A stretch of 64,000 bases of DNA from Nitrospinales bacterium (GTDB taxonomy: Bacteria > Nitrospinota > Nitrospinia > Nitrospinales > VA-1), in the NCBI GenBank assembly GCA_965223795.1, contig CBDCXL010000001.1:416001-480000 (forward strand), given 5' to 3'. Both the position numbers and the translations under genes were made by a program. The notes below the pieces were generated by a model. That model was given only the letters and a program-made list of their open reading frames with translations, ran no database searches and was not told the DNA's origin. Within the stretch, counting starts at the first letter, position 1. Every line of letters begins with the position of its first letter. This document shows positions 1-8,064 of this stretch, in pieces.

Positions 1-2251
1 GCCCGCATTTGGGACACACGATCGAGGCCCCCTCGCTTTTTTTCCACTTTTCCACCATGAAGACGTGGTTGCAGTCCGGGCAGGCTTCGTCCACCGGCTT
101 GTCCCAGGAGGTGAACTTGCAGTTGGGGTATTCGCTGCATCCGTAAAAGGTGCGACCCTTTTTGCTGCGCCGTCCGGCGATTTCGCCCTTGCACCCCTCT
201 TCCGGGCACTTGATGCCGAGACCGATGGGTTTGGTGAACTTGCAGTCCGGGTAGGTGGAGCAGGCGATGAATTTGCCGAACCGGCCCATTTTGATGATGA
301 GCGGAGAATCGCATTTTTCGCACTTGCCTTCCACCTCTTCCACCGCCGCGCTCTTGCCGTCGCCGTCCTCGCCCAGGTTGCGCGTGTTCTTGCAGTCCGG
401 ATAGCCGGAACAGGCCATGAATTTGCCGAACCGGCCCCATTTGATGATCATGGGCTTGTCGCATTTTTCACAGACCTCGTCGGTTTCCTCGACCTGGTTC
501 TTCACGTCCTTCATTTTCTTTTCCGCTTCTTCCAGCGTCACCTTGAACGGATCGTAGAACTTTTTCAGCGCGTTCACCCAGTCCATGCTGCCGTCCTCGA
601 TCTGATCGAGGCGGTCTTCCATCTGCGCGGTGAACTCGGTGGTCATGTACTCGGGGAAATTTTCCACCAGCATGTCCGAAACCAGAAAGCCCAGTTCGGA
701 CGGATGCAGCCGGCGTTCCTCGGAGCGGATGTAGTCGCGGTCCTTGATGACGCTGATGATCGAGGCGTACGTACTGGGACGGCCGACGCCCTTGTCCTCC
801 AGCTCCTTGACCAGCGCCGCCTCGGTGAAACGCGGCGGCGGCTGCGTGAAGTGCTGCTCGGGCAGTATTTTTAAAAGCTTGAGGGCGTCGCCTTTTTCCA
901 GTTCCGGGAGCAGCCGGTCGGTGGTGCCGCCTTTCGCCCCTTCCTTGGAGTCCTTGCCCTTTTCCTGGGAATCGTCGTCGGTGCTTTCCACGTAGACCTG
1001 CATGAATCCGGCGAATTTCAGGATCGACCCGTTGGCGCGGAACAGGTAGCGCCCGGTGCGGATGTCGAACTGGGTCGTGTCCATGATGGCGGGCACCATC
1101 TGGCAGGCCACGGTGCGGGACCAGATCAGCTGGTACAGGTTGAATGCGTCCTTTTCCAGATATTCCTTGACCGCCTTCGGTTCCAGCGTGACGTCCGTCG
1201 GGCGGATGGCCTCATGCGCTTCCTGGGCGGATTTTTTACTTTTATAGGTATTGGGCGAGCCCGGCAAAAATTCCTTGCCGTAGCGTTCGGGGATGAATCC
1301 GCGGATGTTGCCCAGCGCTTCGTCGGAGAGCCGCACCGAGTCGGTACGCATGTAGGTGATGAGCCCGACCGTGCCTTTGTCGCCCAATTGCAGTCCCTCG
1401 TACAGGCGCTGCGCCAGCATCATGGTTTTCTTGGGAGAGAAGTTCAGCTTGCGCGACGCTTCCTGCTGCAGGGTGCTGGTGATGAACGGCGGCGACGGGT
1501 TGCGCTTGCGTTCCTTCTTGGTGACGTTTTCCAGAACCAGTTCACTGCCGTCCACGTCCTTGACGATCTTGTCGGCCTGCTCCTGATTTTTGACCTCGGC
1601 TTTTGCGTCGTCGATCTTGAACAGCTTGGCCTCGAACGGCGGCGGCGTCTTGCCTTCGAGATCCAGCGTGATCGACCAGTACTCTTCCGGCTTGAACGCC
1701 TGGATTTCCCGTTCGCGGTCGCACACGATTCTCAGCGCCACCGACTGCACGCGGCCGGCGCTCAATCCGCGGTGGATTTTCTTCCACAACAGCGGGCTGA
1801 TCTTGTAGCCCACCAGCCGGTCGAGGATGCGGCGCGCCTGCTGGGCGTTCACCTTGTTGAGGTTCAGCTCCTGGGGGTGGTCGATGGCTTCCTTGACCGC
1901 CTTTTTGGTGATTTCGTTGAACGCGACCCGGAAGATCTTGCCCTTGGTGAACTTGGACACTTCGTTGCCGATGTGGTGGGCGATGGCCTCGCCCTCGCGA
2001 TCCGGGTCGGGCGCCAGGTAGATGTTTTCGGCTTTTTTCGCCGCGGTCTTCAACTCGCTGAGGATTTTGCCCTTACCGCGAATGGTGATGTATTCCGGCG
2101 CGAAGTCGTTGTCCACGTCCACCCCGAGCTTCTTTTTCGGCAGGTCTTTTAAGTGTCCCACGGAAGCCTTGATGATAAAGTCCCGCCCCACGATCTTTTT
2201 CAGCGTGTTGACTTTGGTGGGTGACTCGACGATCAGCAGCGATTTAGCCAT
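1..2251 (-). CDS. topA: DNA topoisomerase I (type IA); C-terminus runs off window start
   Basis: Not in ORF track (no stop in window). ATG at 2251 reads MAKSLLIVESPTK..ASVGHLKDL..APDPDREGEAIA, later SAGRVQS, GLITYMRTDS, GRPSTYA and C-terminal CxxC zinc ribbons. Confidence 0.97.
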   Translation of the reverse strand, partial: MAKSLLIVESPTKVNTLKKIVGRDFIIKASVGHLKDLPKKKLGVDVDNDFAPEYITIRGKGKILSELKTAAKKAENIYLAPDPDREGEAIAHHIGNEVSKFTKGKIFRVAFNEITKKAVKEAIDHPQELNLNKVNAQQARRILDRLVGYKISPLLWKKIHRGLSAGRVQSVALRIVCDREREIQAFKPEEYWSITLDLEGKTPPPFEAKLFKIDDAKAEVKNQEQADKIVKDVDGSELVLENVTKKERKRNPSPPFITSTLQQEASRKLNFSPKKTMMLAQRLYEGLQLGDKGTVGLITYMRTDSVRLSDEALGNIRGFIPERYGKEFLPGSPNTYKSKKSAQEAHEAIRPTDVTLEPKAVKEYLEKDAFNLYQLIWSRTVACQMVPAIMDTTQFDIRTGRYLFRANGSILKFAGFMQVYVESTDDDSQEKGKDSKEGAKGGTTDRLLPELEKGDALKLLKILPEQHFTQPPPRFTEAALVKELEDKGVGRPSTYASIISVIKDRDYIRSEERRLHPSELGFLVSDMLVENFPEYMTTEFTAQMEDRLDQIEDGSMDWVNALKKFYDPFKVTLEEAEKKMKDVKNQVEETDEVCEKCDKPMIIKWGRFGKFMACSGYPDCKNTRNLGEDGDGKSAAVEEVEGKCEKCDSPLIIKMGRFGKFIACSTYPDCKFTKPIGLGIKCPEEGCKGEIAGRRSKKGRTFYGCSEYPNCKFTSWDKPVDEACPDCNHVFMVEKWKKSEGASIVCPKCG

Positions 2252-2387
2252 AAATCCTCTTGAATAGGGCGATTCGGATGAAAACAGAGTTGACGTTGCT
2301 GGAATCCCGCGGTCCGCGGCGCATGTGGAGTCCGGTTGGCAATTTTCTCAAGCCGGGACCGCCGGTTGAGCAGTGGTGTCCGCAAAA

Positions 2388-3491
2388 TCAATCATTTGTG
2401 GTCGCGATGCAGACTTTTCCGTTCATCTGCCGGACCCAGCCTTTCAACTCCAGCTGAACCAGTGTAGCGGAAACTTGGGCCGGTGACAATCGGCTGTTTT
2501 CGATGATCCGGTCAATATGCTGCTCTTCCCGGCCCAAAAGGGAAATAAGATTCTGCTCCACCGCTGTCAATGGCGGTTTTTCGGCGGCGGCCGCGGCGGG
2601 CAGCCTGAGCTTATCCTGAATGGATTCGGGCAGTTCTTCGATCACCGCCTCGGGCCCGTCCACCAGTTTCGCGCCGTTTTTGATCAGGCGGTTGGTCTCC
2701 CGGCTTTTCGGCGAGCTGATATTCCCCGGCACGGCGAACACGTCGCGCCCCTGCTCGAGTGCGAACTGCACGGTGATGAGCGCGCCGCTTTTCTCCCCGG
2801 CTTCGACGACGATGGTGCCGTGCGAAAGGCCGCTGATGACACGGTTGCGCGCCGGGAAATTGCTGCGCTCCGGCCGCATGCCGACGGGAAATTCCGAGAT
2901 CACCGCTCCCTGGGCCACGATTTTTTTGCGCAGCGAGGCGTTTTCGGCCGGATAGGTCTGGGACAGTCCGCAGCCGAACACCGCCAGCGTGTCGCCGCCC
3001 GCTTTCAACGCGGCGCGGTGGGCGCGGGTGTCGATCCCGCGCGCCATGCCGCTGACCACGGTGACGCCGCGCTCGGCCAGCGCATGGCACAGCTTTTCGG
3101 TGATGATGGTTCCGTAATTCGTCGGGTTGCGGGTGCCCACCACCGCCATGGGAACGGAAACAGTGTCGATCGGTTTTCCCTGGCAGTACAGAAGCGGCGG
3201 CGGATCGTAAATTTCTTTCAACAGAGCCGGGTACTCGGGACTCTCAAGCGTCAGAATCCGCGCACCCAGCTTCTCCACCAGCCGGAATTCCCGCTCCACC
3301 CGTTCTTCCAGACCGCCATCGAGGATCTGCCCGGCGATCTTCTCGCCGACGCCCTCGACCCGCATCAGTTCCCGGCGCGGTGCGCGCAACACGGCTTCGG
3401 GCGAGCCCAGGGCGTGGACCAGGCGGTGGAACAGGGTCTTTCCCACGCCCAGCACCATGTTGAGAGCCACCCAATGCTTCGTGTCCTGCAT
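2388..3491 (-). CDS. dprA: DNA-processing protein DprA/Smf
   Basis: YPALLKEIYDPPPLLY, VVGTR, VSGMARGID, NFPARNRVISGLS, VEAGEKSGALIT; usual dprA-topA linkage. Start uncertain (3491-3518). Confidence 0.95.
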   Translation of the reverse strand: MQDTKHWVALNMVLGVGKTLFHRLVHALGSPEAVLRAPRRELMRVEGVGEKIAGQILDGGLEERVEREFRLVEKLGARILTLESPEYPALLKEIYDPPPLLYCQGKPIDTVSVPMAVVGTRNPTNYGTIITEKLCHALAERGVTVVSGMARGIDTRAHRAALKAGGDTLAVFGCGLSQTYPAENASLRKKIVAQGAVISEFPVGMRPERSNFPARNRVISGLSHGTIVVEAGEKSGALITVQFALEQGRDVFAVPGNISSPKSRETNRLIKNGAKLVDGPEAVIEELPESIQDKLRLPAAAAAEKPPLTAVEQNLISLLGREEQHIDRIIENSRLSPAQVSATLVQLELKGWVRQMNGKVCIATTND

Positions 3492-3549
3492 CCGCATCCC
3501 GGTCCCTCGTATCGCCAAGCGGCGGACGTTCCCGTATCCGGCGCCCGCC

Positions 3550-4425
3550 CTATTTTGAAAACGCGATGGCCTGGTTTTTTCTTTTTTCCAGGTCGGCCAC
3601 CGACACGTTGAAATCGTACAGGGTCTGGTAATAGCCCCGCAGCACGCGTGTGTAGATGATCAAAGCCTGAAACAGGTCTTCCGAATCGCCGATGCCGAAA
3701 TCGTAATTCGCCACTTCCGTGACCAGCAGCGCGCGGGTGATCTTCCTGCTTTTCTTTGCGAGCTTCACCTTCGACCGGGTTTTCACCACTTCCAGAAACG
3801 CTTTGCGCAGCAGAAACATTTTCTGCCGGTCGATGCCGTGCGCTTTCTTCGCGCTTTTCGTCGCGGTTTTTTCAGCGGTTGGTTTCCGCTCCGGCTCATC
3901 ACCGGCGAGGTAATCGCTCACGCTGTCATACGGGAACGGCACCGCCTTGATGGATTCTTCCGCGAGCGGGCTTTCGAAGGAAAACGGCTTGCCGGTCAGG
4001 TGCGCCAGCGACAGGATGGCGACATGGATCTCGTTTTTAAGATCGATCATGTCGTTGAGAGTCCCGGATCGGCCGAGCTTGAGCTTGGTGATGTCCGACT
4101 GCGTGAGGTTGTCGTCTTCCCCCGCGTCGTATTTTTCTTCGGACTTCTCCACCGCCTTGTCGAAATGTTCCTTCACCTCTTCGGCGATGTCCATCTGCTC
4201 GCTCTTGGACTGCACCTCGTAATAGAATTTTTTCACCTGGAAACGGATCTCATTCTCCGAGGTCCTGGGATTTTTCTTCAATGCCAGCTGGATGGTTTCC
4301 TTGAGTGTGGGAATGGGAACGGCACCCTCCGCCGCGGGTGCGGCGTGCGCGCCCGGCGCCAGCCAGCAGGAAAGTAAAACGCCTGATAAAACGGCGCTCC
4401 ATCGTTTGAACGGACTGAGTCTCAT
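3550..4425 (-). CDS. TolC/OEP-like secreted protein, short (291 aa)
   Basis: Signal peptide; TLKETIQLALKKNP, VKKFYY..YDAG..TQSD and YDFGIGDSEDL..YDFNVSVADL helical OEP-like motifs. Confidence 0.7.
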   Translation of the reverse strand: MRLSPFKRWSAVLSGVLLSCWLAPGAHAAPAAEGAVPIPTLKETIQLALKKNPRTSENEIRFQVKKFYYEVQSKSEQMDIAEEVKEHFDKAVEKSEEKYDAGEDDNLTQSDITKLKLGRSGTLNDMIDLKNEIHVAILSLAHLTGKPFSFESPLAEESIKAVPFPYDSVSDYLAGDEPERKPTAEKTATKSAKKAHGIDRQKMFLLRKAFLEVVKTRSKVKLAKKSRKITRALLVTEVANYDFGIGDSEDLFQALIIYTRVLRGYYQTLYDFNVSVADLEKRKNQAIAFSK

Positions 4426-4504
4426 ATTGCTTCCTCGAAACAGGAGTTCCTTATAGGGAACGTGAACAACCGGGTATGGACACTATAGGGAAGAATTCAG
4501 GGAA

Positions 4505-4617
4505 AGCAAAAAGAAAGGGGCGCTGAACCCCCCAAAAGAAACCTTGATGGCAACCAAGAACTTTCTTTTTTATCGGATATGTCCGGGAAAGGACAGAGTT
4601 CAGCACCCCTCAGGGAT
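4505..4617 (-). ncRNA. Candidate structured small RNA
   Basis: 15-bp closing stem (4610-4596 with 4530-4516) fully paired only on the minus strand through G-U wobbles, internal hairpins, 3' U-tract, upstream promoter. Confidence 0.55.
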
Positions 4618-4623
4618 GTTCAG

Positions 4624-4652
4624 AATTTATCATAGGGGTCCTGGACTGTCAA
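4624..4652 (-). promoter_or_regulatory. sigma70-type promoter
   Basis: TTGACA-17 nt-TAAATT with extended -10 TG. Confidence 0.7.
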
Positions 4653-4762
4653 TACAATTCTAGGAAATCCGGGGCCATTTGGGGCGGAAAAAGGCACATA
4701 AAATCATTTGTTTACAAAGGTTTGCGAAATCCTCATTAAAATTGCCTATTTTTATAGCATTT

Positions 4763-4775
4763 TAAATAATTGATT
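4763..4775 (-). promoter_or_regulatory. IHF-like site
   Basis: AATCAATTATTTA matches WATCAANNNNTTR in an AT-rich intergenic region. Confidence 0.3.
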
Positions 4776-4880
4776 TTAAAGGACTTACAATACAGCCATT
4801 TCAGGCCGAAAACAGCGGCTCCGGAGCGGGCTCCGGCGGATTGAAAAATAATACCTGCTTAATTATCGGGCACTTACGAA

Positions 4881-5699
4881 TTATATGGCTTGAAAAGGGA
4901 TGGGGATGAAGGTGACGATGAAGATCGCCAGCGACAGGTATCCCAGGCGTCTCTCCCTGGGGCCGATATTCGTGACCGGATCGAGCAGCGGAGCGGGGCG
5001 AAAGCCGATGAGCGCGATCATGAGCGCCCAGAACCACCAGCCGGCCCAGAAATATCCGAGCGGCAATAGCAGCACGAAGAACACGCGGGCGGCGATGTGG
5101 TAATGCTGTCCCATCATGGCGTAGAGGATGTGCCCGCCGTCGAGCTGGCCGATGGGAAGCAGGTTCAGGGCCGTGATCAGCAGCCCGATCCATCCGGCGA
5201 ACGCCACCGGATGCAGTTCGATGTTGATGTCGGGAGAAAGCGGGGTGATGCCGAGAACGAGTTTGGAAAGCACGGTCAGCAAAATGGAACTGCCGAAGGA
5301 CATCCCCTGAACCGGGTCCACCGCACTGGTCGTGGACAGGGCGAGGCCGACGATGAGCGTCGGCACGGCGACGACGAAGCCGGCAATCGGTCCCGCCGCG
5401 CCGATCTCGATGAGCACGCGGCGGTTGGGGATCTGGTCCTTGATCTGAATGAACGCGCCGAAGGTGCCGGCGATGAAGATGGGCGGCGCGGGGATGAAGA
5501 ACGGCAGCGTCGCCTTGACGTTGTTTCTGCGGCTGGCCCAGTAATGGCCGAACTCGTGCGTGCCCAGGATCAGAAGCAGCGAAAAGGAAAACACGAATCC
5601 GCCCACCAGGTAGGTGGTGCCGATAGTCGCGGCGAGCAGCACGGAAAAGATGACCCAGTCTCTCGGCGCGGGGTGTGCCGCCGGCACGATTTCGTTCAC
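4881..5699 (-). CDS. Site-2 protease family (M50) membrane metalloprotease
   Basis: HEFGH and NLLPIGQLDGG motifs, AGPIAG; GTG start overlapping the proA stop. Confidence 0.92.
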   Translation of the reverse strand: MNEIVPAAHPAPRDWVIFSVLLAATIGTTYLVGGFVFSFSLLLILGTHEFGHYWASRRNNVKATLPFFIPAPPIFIAGTFGAFIQIKDQIPNRRVLIEIGAAGPIAGFVVAVPTLIVGLALSTTSAVDPVQGMSFGSSILLTVLSKLVLGITPLSPDINIELHPVAFAGWIGLLITALNLLPIGQLDGGHILYAMMGQHYHIAARVFFVLLLPLGYFWAGWWFWALMIALIGFRPAPLLDPVTNIGPRERRLGYLSLAIFIVTFIPIPFQAI

Positions 5700-7006
5700 G
5701 GGACGCTGCAATCGCTTTTACCGAGCGGCCGGTGCGTGAACGCCCTGCCCTCTTTGCCGGAATAATCGGCGACGGTCTGCCCTTTGCCGAGCAGTTTGTA
5801 CTTGTAAATCACCAGTCCTTCCAGGCCGACGGGTCCGCGTGCGTGCGTCTTGTTGGTGCTGATGCCGATTTCCGCGCCCAGCCCGTAACGAAACCCGTCG
5901 GCGAAGCGGGTCGAGGCGTTCCACATCACGCTGGCGGAGTCCACTTCGTTCAGGAACGCTTCCGCGGCGGCGGCGTCCTCGGTGAGAATGGTGTCGGTGT
6001 GGCCGGAACCGTGCTCGTTGATGAAGCCGATCGCTTCCTCCAGGCTGGATACCATGCGCAGGGCGAGCTTGAGATCATTGTATTCGGTGTCCCATTCCAC
6101 GGCGTCGGCTTTTTTGACGTCGGGCGCGAGCGCGCACACCCGGTTGCAGCCGACCAGCTCGACGTTTTTTTCGCGCAGGGCCTGAACCAGGCCGGGCAGC
6201 ACCGGCTTGGCCGCATCCTCATGGATGAGCAGGGTCTCGACGGCGTTGCAGGCGGCGGGGTATTGCAGCTTGGCGTCGAGGGCCACGCGCACCGCTTTTT
6301 CCGCATCGGCTTTGGCGTCGATGTAGACGTGGCAGATGCCTTCGGAATGGCCCAGCACGGGGATCTTCGTGTTTTCCTGTATGTATTTCACAAACGCGTT
6401 GCTGCCGCGCGGCACGATGAGGTTGATGTGTTTGTCTTCGTTGAGCATGTCCGCCACTTCCGCACGGGTTTCGATCATCTGCACGGCGGATTCGGGGATG
6501 CCGGCAATGTCGGCGAGCGCGCCGGTCAACAGCGAGACGATCACCTTGTTGGTGTTCTGGGCTTCGCGGCCGCCTTTCAAGATGACGGCGTTGCCGGACT
6601 TGAGGCACAGAGACGCGATCTGCGGCACCGCGTCGGGACGCGATTCGAAAATCGCGCCGATCACGCCGATGGGACAGGTGACGTGGTGCAGGATCAACCC
6701 CTCGTCCAGCTCGGTGACGCTCTTTTCCCGGCCGACCGGGTCCTCGAGCAGAGCCACGCTGCGGATGCCCTGTGCCATGCCCGCGACCTTCGCTTCGTCC
6801 ACGGCGAGCCGGGCGATCAGCGGACCGGGCAGGTTTTCGCGTTTCGCGTATTCCAGATCCGCGGCGTTGGCCTTGAGGATGGCCGCGGTGTTGTTTTCCA
6901 GCGCCTGCGCCATGTTTTCCAGCGCCTGATTTTTCAGGTCCGTGGAAGCGCGGGCGAGGATGAGCGCGGCGTTTTTTGCCTGTGCGGCGATTTCGGATAC
7001 GGTCAT
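5696..7006 (-). CDS. proA: Glutamate-5-semialdehyde dehydrogenase
   Basis: PIGVIGAIFESRP, KSGNAVILKGGREA, ACNAVETLL, NASTRFADG..GAEIGIST..HARGPVGL. Confidence 0.97.
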   Translation of the reverse strand: MTVSEIAAQAKNAALILARASTDLKNQALENMAQALENNTAAILKANAADLEYAKRENLPGPLIARLAVDEAKVAGMAQGIRSVALLEDPVGREKSVTELDEGLILHHVTCPIGVIGAIFESRPDAVPQIASLCLKSGNAVILKGGREAQNTNKVIVSLLTGALADIAGIPESAVQMIETRAEVADMLNEDKHINLIVPRGSNAFVKYIQENTKIPVLGHSEGICHVYIDAKADAEKAVRVALDAKLQYPAACNAVETLLIHEDAAKPVLPGLVQALREKNVELVGCNRVCALAPDVKKADAVEWDTEYNDLKLALRMVSSLEEAIGFINEHGSGHTDTILTEDAAAAEAFLNEVDSASVMWNASTRFADGFRYGLGAEIGISTNKTHARGPVGLEGLVIYKYKLLGKGQTVADYSGKEGRAFTHRPLGKSDCSVP

Positions 7007-7091
7007 GAAGCAGCCTGTGCGAGAGTCAGAATGGATTCAATTATAACGCATTGGCAAACAGAGGAATTTTAAAATGCGCGGAGAAAATTCC

Positions 7092-8051
7092 TCATTCCGA
7101 TTCTCCCGGATAAATGGGGTTTTTGATGCGGGTGAGGTGTTGGGAGGTTTCGATCGCTTCGACTCCGGCGTCACCGATGTGGTTGCCCCACAGCTTGAGA
7201 AACTCCAGCCGGGACAGGTTCGACGCCTGTGCCAGGGAAGCGGCACCTTCCAGAGTGATGCCGTTCCATTGCAGATCCAGATGGGTCAGGTTTTCCAGCC
7301 CGGCAAGTTCCGTCAGCGCCTGCACGCCCGCACTGCCCAGCTCGTTTTTTTTCAGGTTCCATTCTTTGAGCACGCGGAACGCCGCCTTGCCTTGCAAGCC
7401 ACGGATCCCCTCGGCGCTGATGCCGTTGTTGGACAGATCCAGAATTTCCAGCTGAGGGAAAAATGCGGCCTGGCTGAGTTCCGACAGCCCGCTATCGCCG
7501 ATGCCGTTGCCGCTCAGGTACAGCTCGCGAAGATTGTTCAAACCCTGGGACTGCGCCAAAGCGCGCACGCCTTCCACGCCAACGCCCGTATTGGAAAGAT
7601 TGAGTGAAACCAGGTTTGCAAGCCGGGACGAACCGGCGAGATGCTTCACCCCGTCCGCGCCGATGGGATTCTCCCACAAATTGAGCTGTTCGAGCTTGGC
7701 GACGTTTTCCGATTCTGCGAGCGCCGCGATGCCGGCTTTGCCGATGCGGTTGTCGAACAGGTTCAGGACACGCAGATTCCCCAGGTATTTCGATTCCGCC
7801 AGCGCCTGCGCACCCTTGTCACCCATATAATGGGATCCCAGAATCAGCGTGCTGACATTTTGCATCAGCCGGGAACGGGCGAGCCGCAGGGCGCCTCTTT
7901 CATACAGCGTGCCGCTGTTTTTCAGATCCAGGTGCGTGCCGTCTTTTCTCATGTCTTTCAGAATCAGCGTGTTGATGTCGTAGCCCCAGGCAGGGGCGGC
8001 AAAGAGCAGGAGAACGGCGAGCAGCGGAACGATTCGGCAGTGAGCGGACAT
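7092..8051 (-). CDS. Secreted leucine-rich repeat protein (RI/GALA-like)
   Basis: Signal peptide (..PAWG); ~28-aa repeats LxxLNLxxNxIGxxGxxALA. Confidence 0.88.
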   Translation of the reverse strand: MSAHCRIVPLLAVLLLFAAPAWGYDINTLILKDMRKDGTHLDLKNSGTLYERGALRLARSRLMQNVSTLILGSHYMGDKGAQALAESKYLGNLRVLNLFDNRIGKAGIAALAESENVAKLEQLNLWENPIGADGVKHLAGSSRLANLVSLNLSNTGVGVEGVRALAQSQGLNNLRELYLSGNGIGDSGLSELSQAAFFPQLEILDLSNNGISAEGIRGLQGKAAFRVLKEWNLKKNELGSAGVQALTELAGLENLTHLDLQWNGITLEGAASLAQASNLSRLEFLKLWGNHIGDAGVEAIETSQHLTRIKNPIYPGESE

Positions 8052-8064
8052 GAGAAACGGTTGT

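Noticed and set aside
130..480. DNA direct repeats such as ATGAATTTGCCGAACCGGCCC
   Set aside because: They encode the repeated zinc-ribbon domains of TopA
65..2152. Long plus-strand ORFs here, and similar antisense ORFs elsewhere (e.g. 8050-10254, 10320-12893, 44513-46627, 58465-60189)
   Set aside because: Shadow ORFs opposite well-supported genes, expected in GC-rich DNA
4479..4490. GACACTATAGGG resembling a T7/SP6 promoter end
   Set aside because: Only a short partial match with no vector or phage context
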